DNA of 64,000 nt from an uncultured Acidobacteriota bacterium (GTDB lineage: Bacteria > Acidobacteriota > Blastocatellia > RBC074), in NCBI GenBank assembly GCA_963796275.1, contig CAWCKY010000006.1, positions 1,376,001 through 1,440,000 of the forward strand. The letters are read 5' to 3'. The translations under genes were made by a program, and so were the position numbers. The notes under the pieces were generated by a model that saw only the letters and a list, made by a program, of their open reading frames with translations, did not search any database and was not told where the DNA came from. Positions 43,155 through 55,127 of this stretch are shown one piece after another. Positions within the stretch are counted from its first letter, which is position 1. The number at the start of each line of letters is the position of its first letter.

Positions 43155-46100
43155 ATGCGAAAAAATTTGCAAAATCTCCAAGCATCTCTGTTTGTATTAC
43201 TTCTAGTCCTGGCCGGATTGGTCAACGCCCAAACCGCGACGGCCACGCTCAAGGGATCGGTGACCGATGGCGGCGGCAGCGCAGTGTCAGGCGCGGGCGT
43301 AACACTGACGAGCATTGCCACCGGTTTAAAAAAATCATTCACGACCGATGAGAACGGACAGTTCATCTTCACCTTTCTCGAGCCAGGCTTCTACACGCTT
43401 GACGCGCAAGCGAGCGGCTTCAAAATCCACCGGCATCCGCGTCTGCAACTCGAGGTCGGGCAGACCGCTGAATTCGTCATAGCACTTACTCCCGGCGATC
43501 TACAGGAGACTATCAATATCACCGCCGCCGATTCGCCGGGACTCGACACCACCACCAGCTCGCTCGGCGGCATCGTCGGGCGGCAGCGCGTCGATGTGCT
43601 TCCGTTAAACGGCCGCAATGTCTTTCAACTCGCGCAACTCGAGATCGGCGTGACGACGGCGCCCGGCTCGCGCGGCGCCAATCCAGACCTGACCGCTTCG
43701 GGTGAGATTTCGGTAAACGGCGGGCGCACGCTCAACACGGAAGCATTCGTGGATGGCATTCCGCTGGCCAATAAAGGCGATAATCGTATCTCTCTGCGCC
43801 CTTCGCCGGACGCTGTTCAGGAGTTTCAGATCATGACCAATTCATTCCCGGCTGAATACGGCCGCACGGGCGGAGGCGCGCTCAACTTTTCGACGCGCTC
43901 CGGGGGCAATGAATTTCGCGGAACGCTCTTTGAATATCTGCGCAATGATGCGCTCGATGCGCGTAGCTTTTTCGTCAACGCCAATCCGAACGGGGTCAAG
44001 GAGAAACTGAGGTTCAATCAGTTCGGTGGCAACCTGGGCGGTCCTCTCTATCTGCCAGGCTTCGGCGATGGGGGCAAATCCTTCCGTCGCATCAACAAGC
44101 TCTTCTTTTTTATCAACTATGAGGCGTTGCGTATTTCACAAACACGGCAGACTCCGTCGACCGTGCCGACGGAGAGGATGCGGAGCGGGGATTTCTCGGA
44201 ATTGCTCGGGGCTGTAATCCCCGGTGTGACGGTTCGCGATACCGACGGGAATCTGATTCCGGCGCGCATCGGACAAATTTATGTTCCCGGCGCAGTGGTT
44301 CAGGCGGGGCAGGCGGGGCAGGCGGGGCAGCCGGGCGACGGATCGCGTGTGGCATTTGCCGGCAATATTATTTCGGAATCGCTCATCGACCCGGTGGGGC
44401 GCGCCGCGCTGTCATACTATCCGCTGCCAAATGCGGCCGGCGCAAGGAACTCCAACGGTCTGGGTTTCAGCAATAACTACGTGGCGAATACGCTGGCGAC
44501 TACCGACAATCATCAGATCACGGCGCGCGTCGATTACAATCTATCGACGTCACAGCAGATATTCGGGCGCGTGATCAAAGAGGATAATACGCTCTTCAAT
44601 TCGGGCCCATTCCCGACCAGCATCGCTTCGCCGATCCAGAATCCGCAGCAGAGCTCGGTCCCGGGCACCTGGGTGGCTCATTACGTCAATACTCTCTCGC
44701 CGAAAGTGGTTCTGCTGCTCAACGCGGGATTCACTCGTTTCAACAACGACGCGACCCATTTCTCGCGCGGCTTCGACGTGACCTCGCTGGGCTTTCCGTC
44801 TTATGTGGCCGGGGCATCAGACGACTCCGGAGTATTTCCTACTCTCAATCCGAATGGCTATAACTCGCTGGGCCCGCCGCGCAATTTCGGCTTCTATCAT
44901 AATAACCAGGACGTTTACAGTCTCAGCCAGAGTCTGAGCCTCTTGCGCGGTGATCATTCGATCAAGCTGGGCGCGAATGAGCGCATCTACCGCAAGTATA
45001 ACTATCGTCCGGACGATCCGGCGGGGAACTTCACATTCTCGCGGGGTTTTACCTCTCGCATTCCGGCCGAGACGACGCCGCAGACGGGCGATGCCATCGC
45101 CTCGTTGCTGCTCGGCAATCCGGCTTCGGGGCGCCTGGCGATTGCGCCGCAGCCAGCCATTCAGAACAAGTATTTCGCGCTCTTTGTGCAGGATGATTGG
45201 AAATTCAATAATCGATTGACGCTCAACCTCGGCCTGCGCTGGGACCTGGAGACGGGGAACACCGAGCGCTTCAATCGCCTTTTGAATTTCGACCCGCAGG
45301 CGCAGTTTCCGATCAATCAGATCGCCGTGGCTTTTCCGGCTGCCACTGCTCTGGGAACAAAGACGATTCCTTTGCGCGGGATCGTAACGCCGGTCGGGCG
45401 CGGCGGAGTAGAGGGCCGCGAAAATTATGACCGGGACTATAATAATTTCGGTCCGCGCGTGGGGCTTGCTTTCAAATTGAATGAGCGGACGGTGATCCGC
45501 GCGGGCGGCGCGATCTTTTATGCCCCGCTGGGCGGCGGCGGATTCAACATCGTGACTGCCGCGATGGACGGCCTGGCCGAGACCCCTTTTATAGCCTCGC
45601 CCGATAACGGCATCAGCCCGACACGAGGAACATATCTCAGCAATCCATTTCCGTCGGGTATTGTGCAGCCGACAGACGCTTACCTCGGGCCGCTGTCCGG
45701 TTACGGCCGCCAGTCGCTTCCGGTGAGGCAGCGCGATATCAGGCCGTCCAAGATCGCGCAGTGGAATTTGAATATCCAACGTGAATTGGCGCGGGCGGTA
45801 ACAGTCGAAGCCGCGTATGCCGGAAGCGCCGGCATCGGGTTGCGGAGCGGCGCAACAGATATCAACCAGCTTTCACCGGAGGCGCTGGCCATTGCGCGTC
45901 AGCTGGTCGTCGCGCCAAACGGCAATCTCGTGCCGGCCGGCAACCTCACGGTATCCAATCCGTTTCTGACGTTACCTGTCGATCAGCGTCCGCCTGCAAC
46001 CTCGATTCTGGGCGCCCCGACGGTGACGGTGGCGCAATTGCTGCGGCCATACCCGCAGTTCGGCAACGTCGTCTCCTACACTCAGAATGAATCGCACTCC

Positions 46101-46838
46101 AGTTACCACTCGTTCCAATTGACGGTGGCTCGGCGGGTCAATGACGGGCTGATCTTCAGCGTCGGTTATGCCTTCTCCAAATCGATAGATGACCTGACCT
46201 CGATGTCGCTCAACAACCAGACGATTCAGATTCAGTATTATCAGGACTATTACAATCGCCGCGGCGACAAATCGCTCTCGAATTTCGATGTCGCTCATCG
46301 CTTTATCGGCGATGTGACCTGGGAGTTGCCTTTCGGGCGTGACCGCCGGTTTTTACGCGGCGGCCTGGCGGCCCGAGTCCTCGACGGATTTTCGGTCAAT
46401 GCGATCGCCCAGGCACAGAGCGGTTTCCCTATTTCAATGGGCGCGACCAATGCGTCGCTGCAGGGATTGGCGTTCAATAGCTTGCGTCCGAACATCGTCG
46501 GTGAGGTCACAACTTCAGCCGGTTCGACGGCAGATCGCATCCGGCAGTATCTCAACACTGCGGCCTTCTCTCAGCCTGCGCCTTACACGTTCGGCAATGC
46601 GCCGCGGACGCTGCCCAACCTGCGCGGACCGAGTTATTTCACCACCAACCTCTCGCTCCAACGCGACTTCAGGTTTACGGAGAATGCGAGGCTTCAGGTC
46701 CGCATCGAGGCGTTCAACGTTTTCAATCGCGCAAATTTACAGCTGCCGAGCGCGATTTTGGGTGCGGCTAACTTCGGCGTTATCACCGGCACTGAAGATC
46801 CGCGCCAGATCCAATTCGCCGCCAGAATCTATTTCTGA
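43155..46838 (+). CDS. Oar-like TonB-dependent receptor
   Basis: GSVTDGGG, LPLNGRNV, RSGGNEFRG, QDDWK..LTLNLGLRW and terminal RIYF. Confidence 0.9.
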   Translation: MRKNLQNLQASLFVLLLVLAGLVNAQTATATLKGSVTDGGGSAVSGAGVTLTSIATGLKKSFTTDENGQFIFTFLEPGFYTLDAQASGFKIHRHPRLQLEVGQTAEFVIALTPGDLQETINITAADSPGLDTTTSSLGGIVGRQRVDVLPLNGRNVFQLAQLEIGVTTAPGSRGANPDLTASGEISVNGGRTLNTEAFVDGIPLANKGDNRISLRPSPDAVQEFQIMTNSFPAEYGRTGGGALNFSTRSGGNEFRGTLFEYLRNDALDARSFFVNANPNGVKEKLRFNQFGGNLGGPLYLPGFGDGGKSFRRINKLFFFINYEALRISQTRQTPSTVPTERMRSGDFSELLGAVIPGVTVRDTDGNLIPARIGQIYVPGAVVQAGQAGQAGQPGDGSRVAFAGNIISESLIDPVGRAALSYYPLPNAAGARNSNGLGFSNNYVANTLATTDNHQITARVDYNLSTSQQIFGRVIKEDNTLFNSGPFPTSIASPIQNPQQSSVPGTWVAHYVNTLSPKVVLLLNAGFTRFNNDATHFSRGFDVTSLGFPSYVAGASDDSGVFPTLNPNGYNSLGPPRNFGFYHNNQDVYSLSQSLSLLRGDHSIKLGANERIYRKYNYRPDDPAGNFTFSRGFTSRIPAETTPQTGDAIASLLLGNPASGRLAIAPQPAIQNKYFALFVQDDWKFNNRLTLNLGLRWDLETGNTERFNRLLNFDPQAQFPINQIAVAFPAATALGTKTIPLRGIVTPVGRGGVEGRENYDRDYNNFGPRVGLAFKLNERTVIRAGGAIFYAPLGGGGFNIVTAAMDGLAETPFIASPDNGISPTRGTYLSNPFPSGIVQPTDAYLGPLSGYGRQSLPVRQRDIRPSKIAQWNLNIQRELARAVTVEAAYAGSAGIGLRSGATDINQLSPEALAIARQLVVAPNGNLVPAGNLTVSNPFLTLPVDQRPPATSILGAPTVTVAQLLRPYPQFGNVVSYTQNESHSSYHSFQLTVARRVNDGLIFSVGYAFSKSIDDLTSMSLNNQTIQIQYYQDYYNRRGDKSLSNFDVAHRFIGDVTWELPFGRDRRFLRGGLAARVLDGFSVNAIAQAQSGFPISMGATNASLQGLAFNSLRPNIVGEVTTSAGSTADRIRQYLNTAAFSQPAPYTFGNAPRTLPNLRGPSYFTTNLSLQRDFRFTENARLQVRIEAFNVFNRANLQLPSAILGAANFGVITGTEDPRQIQFAARIYF

Positions 46839-46974
46839 TGATGACGGATAATAGCTACAGAGCGCAGAGAGAAAGTGAGAACGCGAGATACATCGCTATC
46901 TTTACCCTTTGTCGTCTCTCCGTCTCTGCGCCTCTGCGGCTGCCTCATTTTCCTTCCCCATGCAAAAAATTTAA

Positions 46975-47003
46975 TTGACAACCATTACCGCTCTGCGTAT
47001 CAT
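46975..47003 (+). promoter_or_regulatory. sigma70 promoter
   Basis: TTGACA-N17-TATCAT. Confidence 0.75.
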
Positions 47004-47013
47004 TCGAAATTCC

Positions 47014-47028
47014 TGAAAATGATTTTCA
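47014..47028. promoter_or_regulatory. Fur box (7-1-7)
   Basis: Perfect palindrome TGAAAAT-G-ATTTTCA just after the -10, upstream of iron-uptake genes. Confidence 0.75.
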
Positions 47029-47385
47029 AAATCAAGCGATAAGTAAACGATAAGTAAAGCGATAAGTAAATCGGCAGTGAGGAGCGATCGGTATAGAGAA
47101 TAGGAAGAGACGGAGCTCTTGCTGCTGTTGGAAAGAGTCGAGCGGTGTAGCGCACCGTCAGACGAAGAGAGAAGGCGAAGATAATAAAGAGCCTTCGGCG
47201 AGGCAACGCCGAAGGCTCCGATCGCACAACCGGCCCGTCCCGTTTAGGCAACTTCGCGAGCAGCGTGCGTAAACCATCTTACCACGCTGCCTGAAACAAT
47301 CAATCGAACCCTCAAAACAACACGATGACTTCACCGGCAGGAACCCGAGATAGGCCGGGTCATTAACATACTTCAGGAGGCACGC

Positions 47386-49858
47386 ATGAAGTTAAACGCA
47401 AAGAAGCATGGTAAGAAGAACAGAAATAAGAAAGGGAACAAAGCCAGATCGAAGCAGCGCGGCCCGCGCTACTGGGTAGCTATGGGCACGATGAGCGCGT
47501 TGCTCGCCTACGCTCCTGTCAGCAGTAAAGCTGAGTCGGCATCGAGCTCTGCCTTGAGCTCTTACAGCGCCTGGGAGGTTATCTACCAGCAGGACCCCGA
47601 TAAGGCCAAACCGGTGAGCCGTTTCGATATTCCGCCGGGATCGCTCGAGACGGTACTGGCCGCTTTTCAAAACCTGACTGGGCTGCAGGTGATCGTTCCG
47701 AGCGGCAATATCAAGTCGATCTCCTCTCAGGGCGTCTCAGGCGCCCTCACTGCTGATAAGGCTCTCCAGCAGTTACTGGCCGGCACCGGCATCACCTATC
47801 GTTTCACCGGCCCAATGATCGTGACGCTTGAACTGAAGGGCGTTGAAGGCTCCGTCGAGATTCTGGGGCGCATTTCGCCATCCTCGCCGAAATATACCGA
47901 GCCGCTGCGCGACACGCCGCAGACGATCAATGTTATTCCCAAAGCGGTGATCGAGGAACAAGGCGCGACCACGCTGCGTGACGTGCTCCGCAATGTCCCC
48001 GGGTTGACCATTGTGGCTGGCGAAGGCGGCGCGCCGGCGGGCGACAATCTGTCGCTGCGAGGCTTCAGCGCGCGTAACGATATCTACGTAGACGGCGTGC
48101 GCGATCTCAGCCCGCAATCCCGCGATCCGTTCAACCTTGAACAGGTCGAAGTGGTAAAGGGTCCAAGTTCGGCTTTCAACGGGCGCGGTTCGGCGGGCGG
48201 AACGATCAATCTGGTCACCAAGATCGCCTAACATCAGGCCTTTCTATGGCGGCACGCTCAGCTTCGGCACCGATAGGACCAAGCGGATCACCACTGATAC
48301 GAATATCCCGTTCAAGGATAGGTACGCATTTCGTTTGAACCTGATGGGCCACGATTCCGGTGTGGCCGGCCGCGACGTGGTTAAAAACCAGCGCTGGGGT
48401 ATCGCTCCATCGCTGGCGACGGGTCTCGGGACGAGGTCGCGATTCATCTTCAGTTATCTTCATCTCAAACAGGACAACATCCCGGATTATGGACTTCCCT
48501 GGGTGACTGCCGACCACAACATCCTGAGTGAATCCCGCGATCAGCCCGCGCCGGTGGATCGCGAGACCTTCTACGGGATCAGGTCTCGTGATTATGAAGA
48601 GTTGAATGCCGACATCGGGACCATTGCGTTCGAGCGCGACGTCAATGATAACCTGACGATGCGCAATCAGCTTCGTTATAGCAGGGCGACGCGCGATTCG
48701 ATCACGACGGCCCCACGTTTCGCCAGCCCCAACTCGCTCATCATCAACCGAAACGGACCTTCTTGGATTACCGAGGATAATATCTGGGATAATCAGACAG
48801 ATCTGAGGTCGAGATTCTCCACCGGTGGTGTTGAACACAGGTTGGTTACCGGCCTTGCTCTCGCCCATGAAAACAACCAGCGTATAACTCGGTCAGTCTC
48901 TACAGCGCCTCCTACGGATATGAATAACCCGAATCCGGATCTGGCCTTCAACAGCGCGACCAGCTTGAGCCCTTTTGTCGGCGACATCACCGGAAAAACA
49001 GTAGGCATCTATGCATTCGACACCGCGCGACTCGGCAATAGATGGGAATTGATCGGCGGTCTGCGCTATGACTACTTTGATGTAGAAGGCATTCCTACCG
49101 CCGCAGCTACGGCGGCTCTTCCCAGCAGGATTGCAAGAATCGATCGGATGTTCAGCGGGCGCGGCGCTATCGTCTTCAAGCCGCGAGCTGAGGGAAACCT
49201 ATACGCTTCATATGGGACGTCGGTCAACCCATCACTGGAAGGACTCTCGTATCAAGCCGTCAGTACGACGCTCGAGCCTGAGAAGACCTATACGGTCGAA
49301 GTCGGCAGCAAATGGGACCTGCTGGGAGAACGCCTGACATTGAATGGCGCGATATTTAACGTGGATAAGACCAATGCCAGGACGCCGGATCTGACAACTC
49401 CCACTTTGACGGTATTGGAGGGCAAGCTTCGCGTCCAGGGTATTGAACTCGGCGCCAGCGGCAGCATCACTCGCACCTGGAGGGTCCTTGCCGGTTATAC
49501 CCTGCTCGACACCAGGGTCGTCAGGTCTAACCTAGCGGCCGAACTCAACAAGCGATTCCAGAATGCGCCTCGAAATTCATTCAACCTCTGGACGACTTAC
49601 CTCGTACGATCGAAGGTCAACCTGGGCGGGGGAATCCGTTTCATCGGCCGGCGGTTCGGCAACAACACGAACACCCGGTTTGTGAATAACTATTACACGT
49701 TCGATGGGCTCATTTCGTTCCCCGTTACGAGTAAGATCGATCTCAGGCTCAACCTCTACAATCTGAACAACGCCTATTACTTTGATCGTTTAGGTGGCGG
49801 TCACCTCATCCCCGGCGCCGGTCGATCGGTGATGGTGAGTACCGGGTTCCGGTTCTAG
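47386..49858 (+). CDS. Fiu/PiuA-like TonB-dependent siderophore receptor with STN domain, frameshifted (+1 near 48223)
   Basis: STN (FDIPPGSL), plug (DTPQTINVIP, VEVVKGPSS, GGTINLVTK) and barrel ending GFRF. Removing one A gives TKSPNIRPFYGG. Confidence 0.85.
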
Positions 49859-49880
49859 GGTGTGATGCCCAAAAACCTAA

Positions 49881-49917
49881 GCAAAGGTAGGGCAGGAACT
49901 AATTGCCCTACCTTCGC
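49881..49917. repeat. GTAG-type REP-like hairpin; related copies at 52049-52092 and 58665-58726
   Basis: aaggtagggca/tgccctacctt; gggtaggatag/ctatcccaccc; gggtaggac/gtcctaccc. Confidence 0.6.
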
Positions 49918-49929
49918 AGAGGAGAAACA

Positions 49930-50610
49930 GTGCTTCTACACATACCCGACGTCCTGTCTTCTGAGCAGGTCTCACACTGCCGGCATAAGCTGGAAGGCGC
50001 CGAATGGGTCGACGGCCGCATCACCGCCGGGCATCAATCGGGCCGCGCCAAAGACAACATGCAAATGCCTGAAGATCACCCGGTGGCGCGTGAATTAGGA
50101 GATCTGATCGTCACGGCGCTTCAGAACAGCCAACTCTTTATGGCGGCGGCGCTGCCGCTGAAGGTATTCCCTCCGCTGTTCAACCGTTATCAGGGCGAAC
50201 AATCGTTCGGCACTCATGTCGATAACGCGATCCGGCAGGTAACGGGGACGCCGCATCGGGTCCGGACCGACCTTTCGGCCACGCTATTTCTGGCCCAGCC
50301 AGAAGAATACGACGGTGGGGAGCTGGTGATCGAAGATACCTACGGTGTGCACAACGTCAAACTGCAAGCAGGCCACCTGATCCTCTATCCATCGAGCAGC
50401 CTGCATCACGTGCGCCCGGTGACGCGCGGTACGCGCCTGGCTTCGTTCTTCTGGATTCAGAGCATGGTGCGCGACGACGGGCAGCGCACGTTGTTATTCG
50501 ATCTGGATATGGCGATTCAGCAGATCGGAAGCGAATCGCCCGAACATGCTGCGACCGTGCAGTTGACCGGCATTTATCACAATCTGCTGCGCCGCTGGGC
50601 CGATGTTTAA
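49930..50610 (+). CDS. piuC: PKHD-type Fe(II)/2OG hydroxylase (PiuC/YbiX)
   Basis: [31 protein letters not shown] and HNLLRRWA motifs; GTG start after GAGGAG. Confidence 0.9.
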   Translation: MLLHIPDVLSSEQVSHCRHKLEGAEWVDGRITAGHQSGRAKDNMQMPEDHPVARELGDLIVTALQNSQLFMAAALPLKVFPPLFNRYQGEQSFGTHVDNAIRQVTGTPHRVRTDLSATLFLAQPEEYDGGELVIEDTYGVHNVKLQAGHLILYPSSSLHHVRPVTRGTRLASFFWIQSMVRDDGQRTLLFDLDMAIQQIGSESPEHAATVQLTGIYHNLLRRWADV

Positions 50611-50624
50611 GGGAGAGACCGCGC

Positions 50625-51996
50625 ATGAACCGATTCCGCAAGATCATCTTCTGGTGCCATCTGCCGGTGGGAGTGACCGCCGGCGTGGTCATCTTTATTA
50701 TGTCCTTCACCGGGGTGTTGCTGACATATGAAAAACAGATCATCGCCTGGTCCGACAAGCGCAGTTATCGCGTGGTGCGGCCATCTGCGGAATCAGCGCG
50801 CCTGCCTATAGATACGCTGCTCGCCAAAGTCCGAGAGGCGCGGCCCGATGCCTCTCCCTCTGCCGTCACATTACGCGCGGACGCGGATGCGCCGGTGGCG
50901 GTCGCCCTCGGTCGCGAAGGCACAATTCTGGTCAACCAATATACCGGCGAGGTGCTGGGTGAGGGATCCAAATCGATCCGAAACTTCTTCCGCGTGATCA
51001 CCGACTGGCACCGCTGGCTCGGGGCGGACAGCGAGAACCGCGCTGTCGCCCGGGCAATCACGGGCGCATGTAACCTGGGCTTCCTTTTCATCGTCGTGAG
51101 CGGAATCTACTTATGGTGGCCGAGGAAGTGGGAGCAGGTCAAGGGCGTAATCTGGTTCAGACGCGGCCTGCCCGGCAAGGCGAGGGACTTCAACTGGCAT
51201 AACGTGATTGGCGTCTGGTCGTTTATTCCTCTCTTTATCGTCGTGCTATCGGCTACCGTGATCTCCTACGTCTGGGCGAGCAACCTTGCTTACAGAGTCG
51301 TGGGCGAATCGCCGCCCGCGCAGCGGGGATCCGGGCAACCCAGGCAAACGGGGCAAACGGGGCAAGCGGGGCAAACGGGACAAGCGGGGCAAACGGGGCA
51401 AACGGGGCAAGCCGGGCAAACGGGGCAAGCGGGGCAAACGAGGCAAGCCGGGCAAACGGGGCAAGCGGGGCAAACGGGGCGAGCCGGGACAAGCGGGACA
51501 ACGGGGACGACAAACGACGCCGGCGCCCGCGCAGCGTGGCGGTCAGGAGGAACGGGAAGCATCAGTCAATTTTGACGGCCTCGATCCGCTGCTATCGCGC
51601 GCCGAGCTGCAGATGCCTGGCTGGCAAACTATAAATCTGCGCCTTCCGGCATCGGCGGATGCACCGGCTATATTCACGATCGATCAGGGGAGCGGGGGGC
51701 AGCCGCAGAAACGAGCGCAGCTTACGCTGGACAGGAAGAGCGGTGAAGTTGTTCAGTGGGAGCCTTTCTCGAGCTACACCGTGGGACGAAAACTACGGAC
51801 GATTTTACGATTTGCGCATACGGGCGAGGTGGCCGGAATCATCGGCCAAACCATCGCCGGTCTCGCCTCGCTGGGCGCGGTATTTCTGGTTTATACCGGT
51901 CTAGCCCTCAGCTGGCGCCGCTTCAGAGCGTGGCTCGCGAGACGATCCAGAAGAAGCGCACCGATCGCCTCTCCATTGGGAGAAGGGGCAGAATAG
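50625..51996 (+). CDS. PepSY-associated TM protein (PiuB-like), frameshifted (+1 near 51488)
   Basis: FWCHL..G, HRWL, GIYLWWP and WHNVIG in the first frame; RFAHTGE..G..GQ in the next frame. Confidence 0.85.
51333..51510 (+). repeat. 9-bp tandem repeat (GGGCAAACG/GGGCAAGCG, ~17-19 units) encoding (GQT/GQA)n
   Basis: Directly visible in the sequence. Confidence 0.95.
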
Positions 51997-52105
51997 TTTC
52001 CGGGTTTCGGGTTTTAGGCGCATTACTGAAAGCCGAAAAACTATCTGTGGAAAAGGGTAGGATAGGCCTGATAAACTATCCCACCCTTTTCCGGGAGGAG
52101 TTACT

Positions 52106-53068
52106 TTGATCCGTCTACGATTACGAACCGTTACTACATATCTCATTGCCACAGTTCTGCTGGCTCTCTTTATCGTCGTCCAAAGCGTTTCCGGGATTGG
52201 CGCGGGACTATCGACCCGGCCGGATAGTGCTCCAGAGACCGGCATCTTGCTGCTCGCGCACGGCGGCAAGCAGAATTGGAATGACGAGGTGAACAAGTTG
52301 GCCTCGCGCGTTAATAAGACTATCCCGGTTGAGGTGGCTTTCGGGATGGCATCAAGGCGCACGATGCAAGACGCGATTAACCGCCTGGCCAAGCGGCGCG
52401 TCCGCGAGATCGTGGCGGTACCACTCTTCATCTCATCGCACAGCTCGGTCATCACTTCCACCCAGTATCTGCTCGGCCTGCGCGACACGGCGCCGCCGGA
52501 ACTGGCGATCTATGCCCGGATGTCCCACTCACATTCGGCCGGCAGCGCAAACGATAACCACAACCATAGCGTTTCGACGGATGACCAAACCGCGCCCATC
52601 AAGTCAGCGGTGCCGATCCGTTGGAGCCCTGCTCTCGACAAGCACCCGATAGTCGCCGATATTTTGCTGGCGCGTTCTCTCTCCCTCAGTCGCGATCCGT
52701 CTAATGAGGTCGTGATAGTGGTCGCGCATGGCCCGGTGTCGGACCAAGACAATTTGAAATGGCTCGCTGATATGAAATATCTGGCCGAGCGGATGAGCGG
52801 CAAAAGCAAATTCAAACGCGTCGAGTATCTGACTGTAAGGGACGATGCGCCGCAGCCAGTGCGTGAGCAGGCGACTGCAGAATTACGCCGCACGGTTGAA
52901 GGAGCGGCTGGCGGCCGCGTATTGATCGTTCCGCTTCTGCTAGCCTATGGAGGCATTGAGGAGGGCATCAAGAAGCGCCTGGAAGGACTGGAATACACCA
53001 TGAGCTCACAGGCCCTCCTGCCGGACGAGCGGCTGGATCGCTGGGTGTTATCGTCGGTTGAGAAGTGA
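52106..53068 (+). CDS. CbiX/SirB-fold chelatase-like protein with export signal and His-rich insert
   Basis: LLLAHGG, VAVPLFISSHS, VVAHGP and VPLLL motifs; SHSHS..NHNHS. Confidence 0.75.
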   Translation: MIRLRLRTVTTYLIATVLLALFIVVQSVSGIGAGLSTRPDSAPETGILLLAHGGKQNWNDEVNKLASRVNKTIPVEVAFGMASRRTMQDAINRLAKRRVREIVAVPLFISSHSSVITSTQYLLGLRDTAPPELAIYARMSHSHSAGSANDNHNHSVSTDDQTAPIKSAVPIRWSPALDKHPIVADILLARSLSLSRDPSNEVVIVVAHGPVSDQDNLKWLADMKYLAERMSGKSKFKRVEYLTVRDDAPQPVREQATAELRRTVEGAAGGRVLIVPLLLAYGGIEEGIKKRLEGLEYTMSSQALLPDERLDRWVLSSVEK

Positions 53069-53308
53069 CTTCACCGTCTATTCGGGCGGATTATCCGGGG
53101 AAAAAATAACTCGTCCAAAAATCCAAATGAGCTCATTGCGCGCATTCGGCTTGCTCATCCACAAATTAATTGACATCCCATTTTCTCTTCGAGTAGTCTG
53201 GATTCACCACAAAAAATTAGGCAAAAAACACAAAAACACGAAAGGGTTGAATAATCCTTTGGTCATTTGTGAATTTGTGGTGAATCTTCCTCTCTCGGAA
53301 CCAATTGG

Positions 53309-55127
53309 ATGTCGGAAACACAAGAGAAAAACAACAATGGCATCGCCCTGCTCGCCATCTGCTCGCTGGTTTTCTTCCTCATCGGCGTTATCAGCCCGCC
53401 CTTCCTGATGGACGATGTAGATTCGGTCACCGCACAGATATCACGAAATATGATCGAGTCTGGTGATTGGGTCACCGCTCGATTGAATGGGATCGTCTAT
53501 CTCGAAAAACCCGGACTCAGGTTTTGGGTCGTAGCCGTCTCATACCTGATATTTGGAGTCAATGACTGGGCGGCCCGCATACCGATGGCTCTCTCCGCGG
53601 TCGCTCTCTGCTGGCTGGTCCGATCCATCGGCATCTGGGCCTTTTCCTCAGGTCAAGCCAAGGATTCGCGCGCCGGCGATTTGGCAGGCATCGTCCTCGC
53701 GACGTGCGCCGGCCTCTTCCTTTTCACGCGCATCCTGATCCCGGACATCATCCTGACGCTGACGACGACTCTGGCGATGTGGTCTCTGCTGCGCGCGCTC
53801 GATCCGGAGGAGGAGAGATGGCGAATCTGGTCATCGCTCTTCGCCGTCGCCATGGGCCTGGGATTTATGCTCAAAGGTCTGATCGCTTTCGTTTTTCCGG
53901 TTGGAGCGGGGCTCGCCTACCTTCTGCTCACCAGACAACTCTTATCAAGAAAGACGTGGCAACGGATTCGGCCGTTCACCGGCATCTCGATCATTTTGCT
54001 TATCTGCCTGCCATGGCTGATCCTCGCCATTTTGCGCAACCCTCCCTACTTCGATTTCACGATGAAGAGTGAAGCGGGCCAGTATCGCGGTTTCTTCTGG
54101 TACTTTTTTTTGAATGAGCACCTCTTTCGCTACCTCAATATGCGATACCCGCGCGATTACAACACTGTGCCGCGCGCAGCATTCTGGCTCTATCATCTCG
54201 TCTGGCTTTTTCCGTGGAGCGTCTGGCTGGGTTTCGTCGCCCGGCTCAACTTCAAACCGGTAGACCGTGCCGGCAGGATGCGGTTGTTCTGCCTGTGCTG
54301 GATCGGGTTTACTCTCCTCTTTTTCACCTTCTCCACCACGCAGGAGTATTACTCCATGCCATGCTACCCGGCATTTGCATTGTTGCTCGGGTCGGCAATG
54401 ACGTTGAATGACCGTAGATTCAAATGGGCGACGATGACGGCAGGTGCCCTCGCATTTATCGCGGCCGCAGCCTGCGCCGTCATCCTCTGGCTGACGCGCG
54501 ATATCGCCGCAACTGGTGATATCGCCAACACACTCAACAATTCTATTTCAACGCTTTCGCTAGGCAAGGCTGAAGATTCTCACGCTGATGTCGTTCGCCT
54601 GGATGCGCCTTCCCCTCGTTGCAGCCCTGGGCGCTTTTCTCATCGGAGCTGTGGGCGCCTGGATGAAAGGGGGGCGTCATGCGATTATCGCGCTCGCGCT
54701 GATGATGCTTATATTTTTCAGCGCCGCGCGGCTGGCGATGATCACGCTCAACCCATATTTCAGTTCGAAGCTTCTGGCCGAGGCTCTCGCAGCGGCGCCG
54801 CCCGGTGAATTGATAGTTGACGACCAGTATTATCATTTCTCTTCCGTTTTCTTCTATGCCAACCGGCGCGCGCTACTGCTCAACGGGAGAGTGATGAACC
54901 TCGAATACGGTTCATACGCGCCCGGCGCCCCGCAGGTCTTCATCACCGATCGGGACCTGCCAGCGCTCTGGGCCAAGCCGGAGCGGTATTACCTGGTCGC
55001 CGGCGGTTCTGCAATCCCCCGTTTGAAGGCTTTGCTGGGAAGCTCGAATCTGCATGTCGTGCGTGCTGCCGGGGGCAAATTTCTGCTGACCAATCAGATT
55101 AACCTGAGCGGCGCTTTAACCAGATAG
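53309..55127 (+). CDS. ArnT-like (GT83/PMT) membrane glycosyltransferase, frameshifted (+1 near 54577)
   Basis: [20 protein letters not shown] and [10 protein letters not shown] motifs. Removing one T gives [12 protein letters not shown]. Confidence 0.85.

Noticed and set aside
47010-47385. Cobalamin or c-di-GMP riboswitch
   Set aside because: No B12-box or GEMM consensus is visible by eye, and the Fur box explains the regulation better.
48215-48240. Stop-codon read-through or recoding at the TAA in the siderophore receptor
   Set aside because: The downstream half is in a different frame; one extra A explains it.
51246-51562. Alternative-frame ORFs (GKR)n, (PRL)n and (CPV/CPA)n that look like Cys-rich or basic peptides
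   Set aside because: They are by-products of the 9-bp repeat in the PepSY gene.
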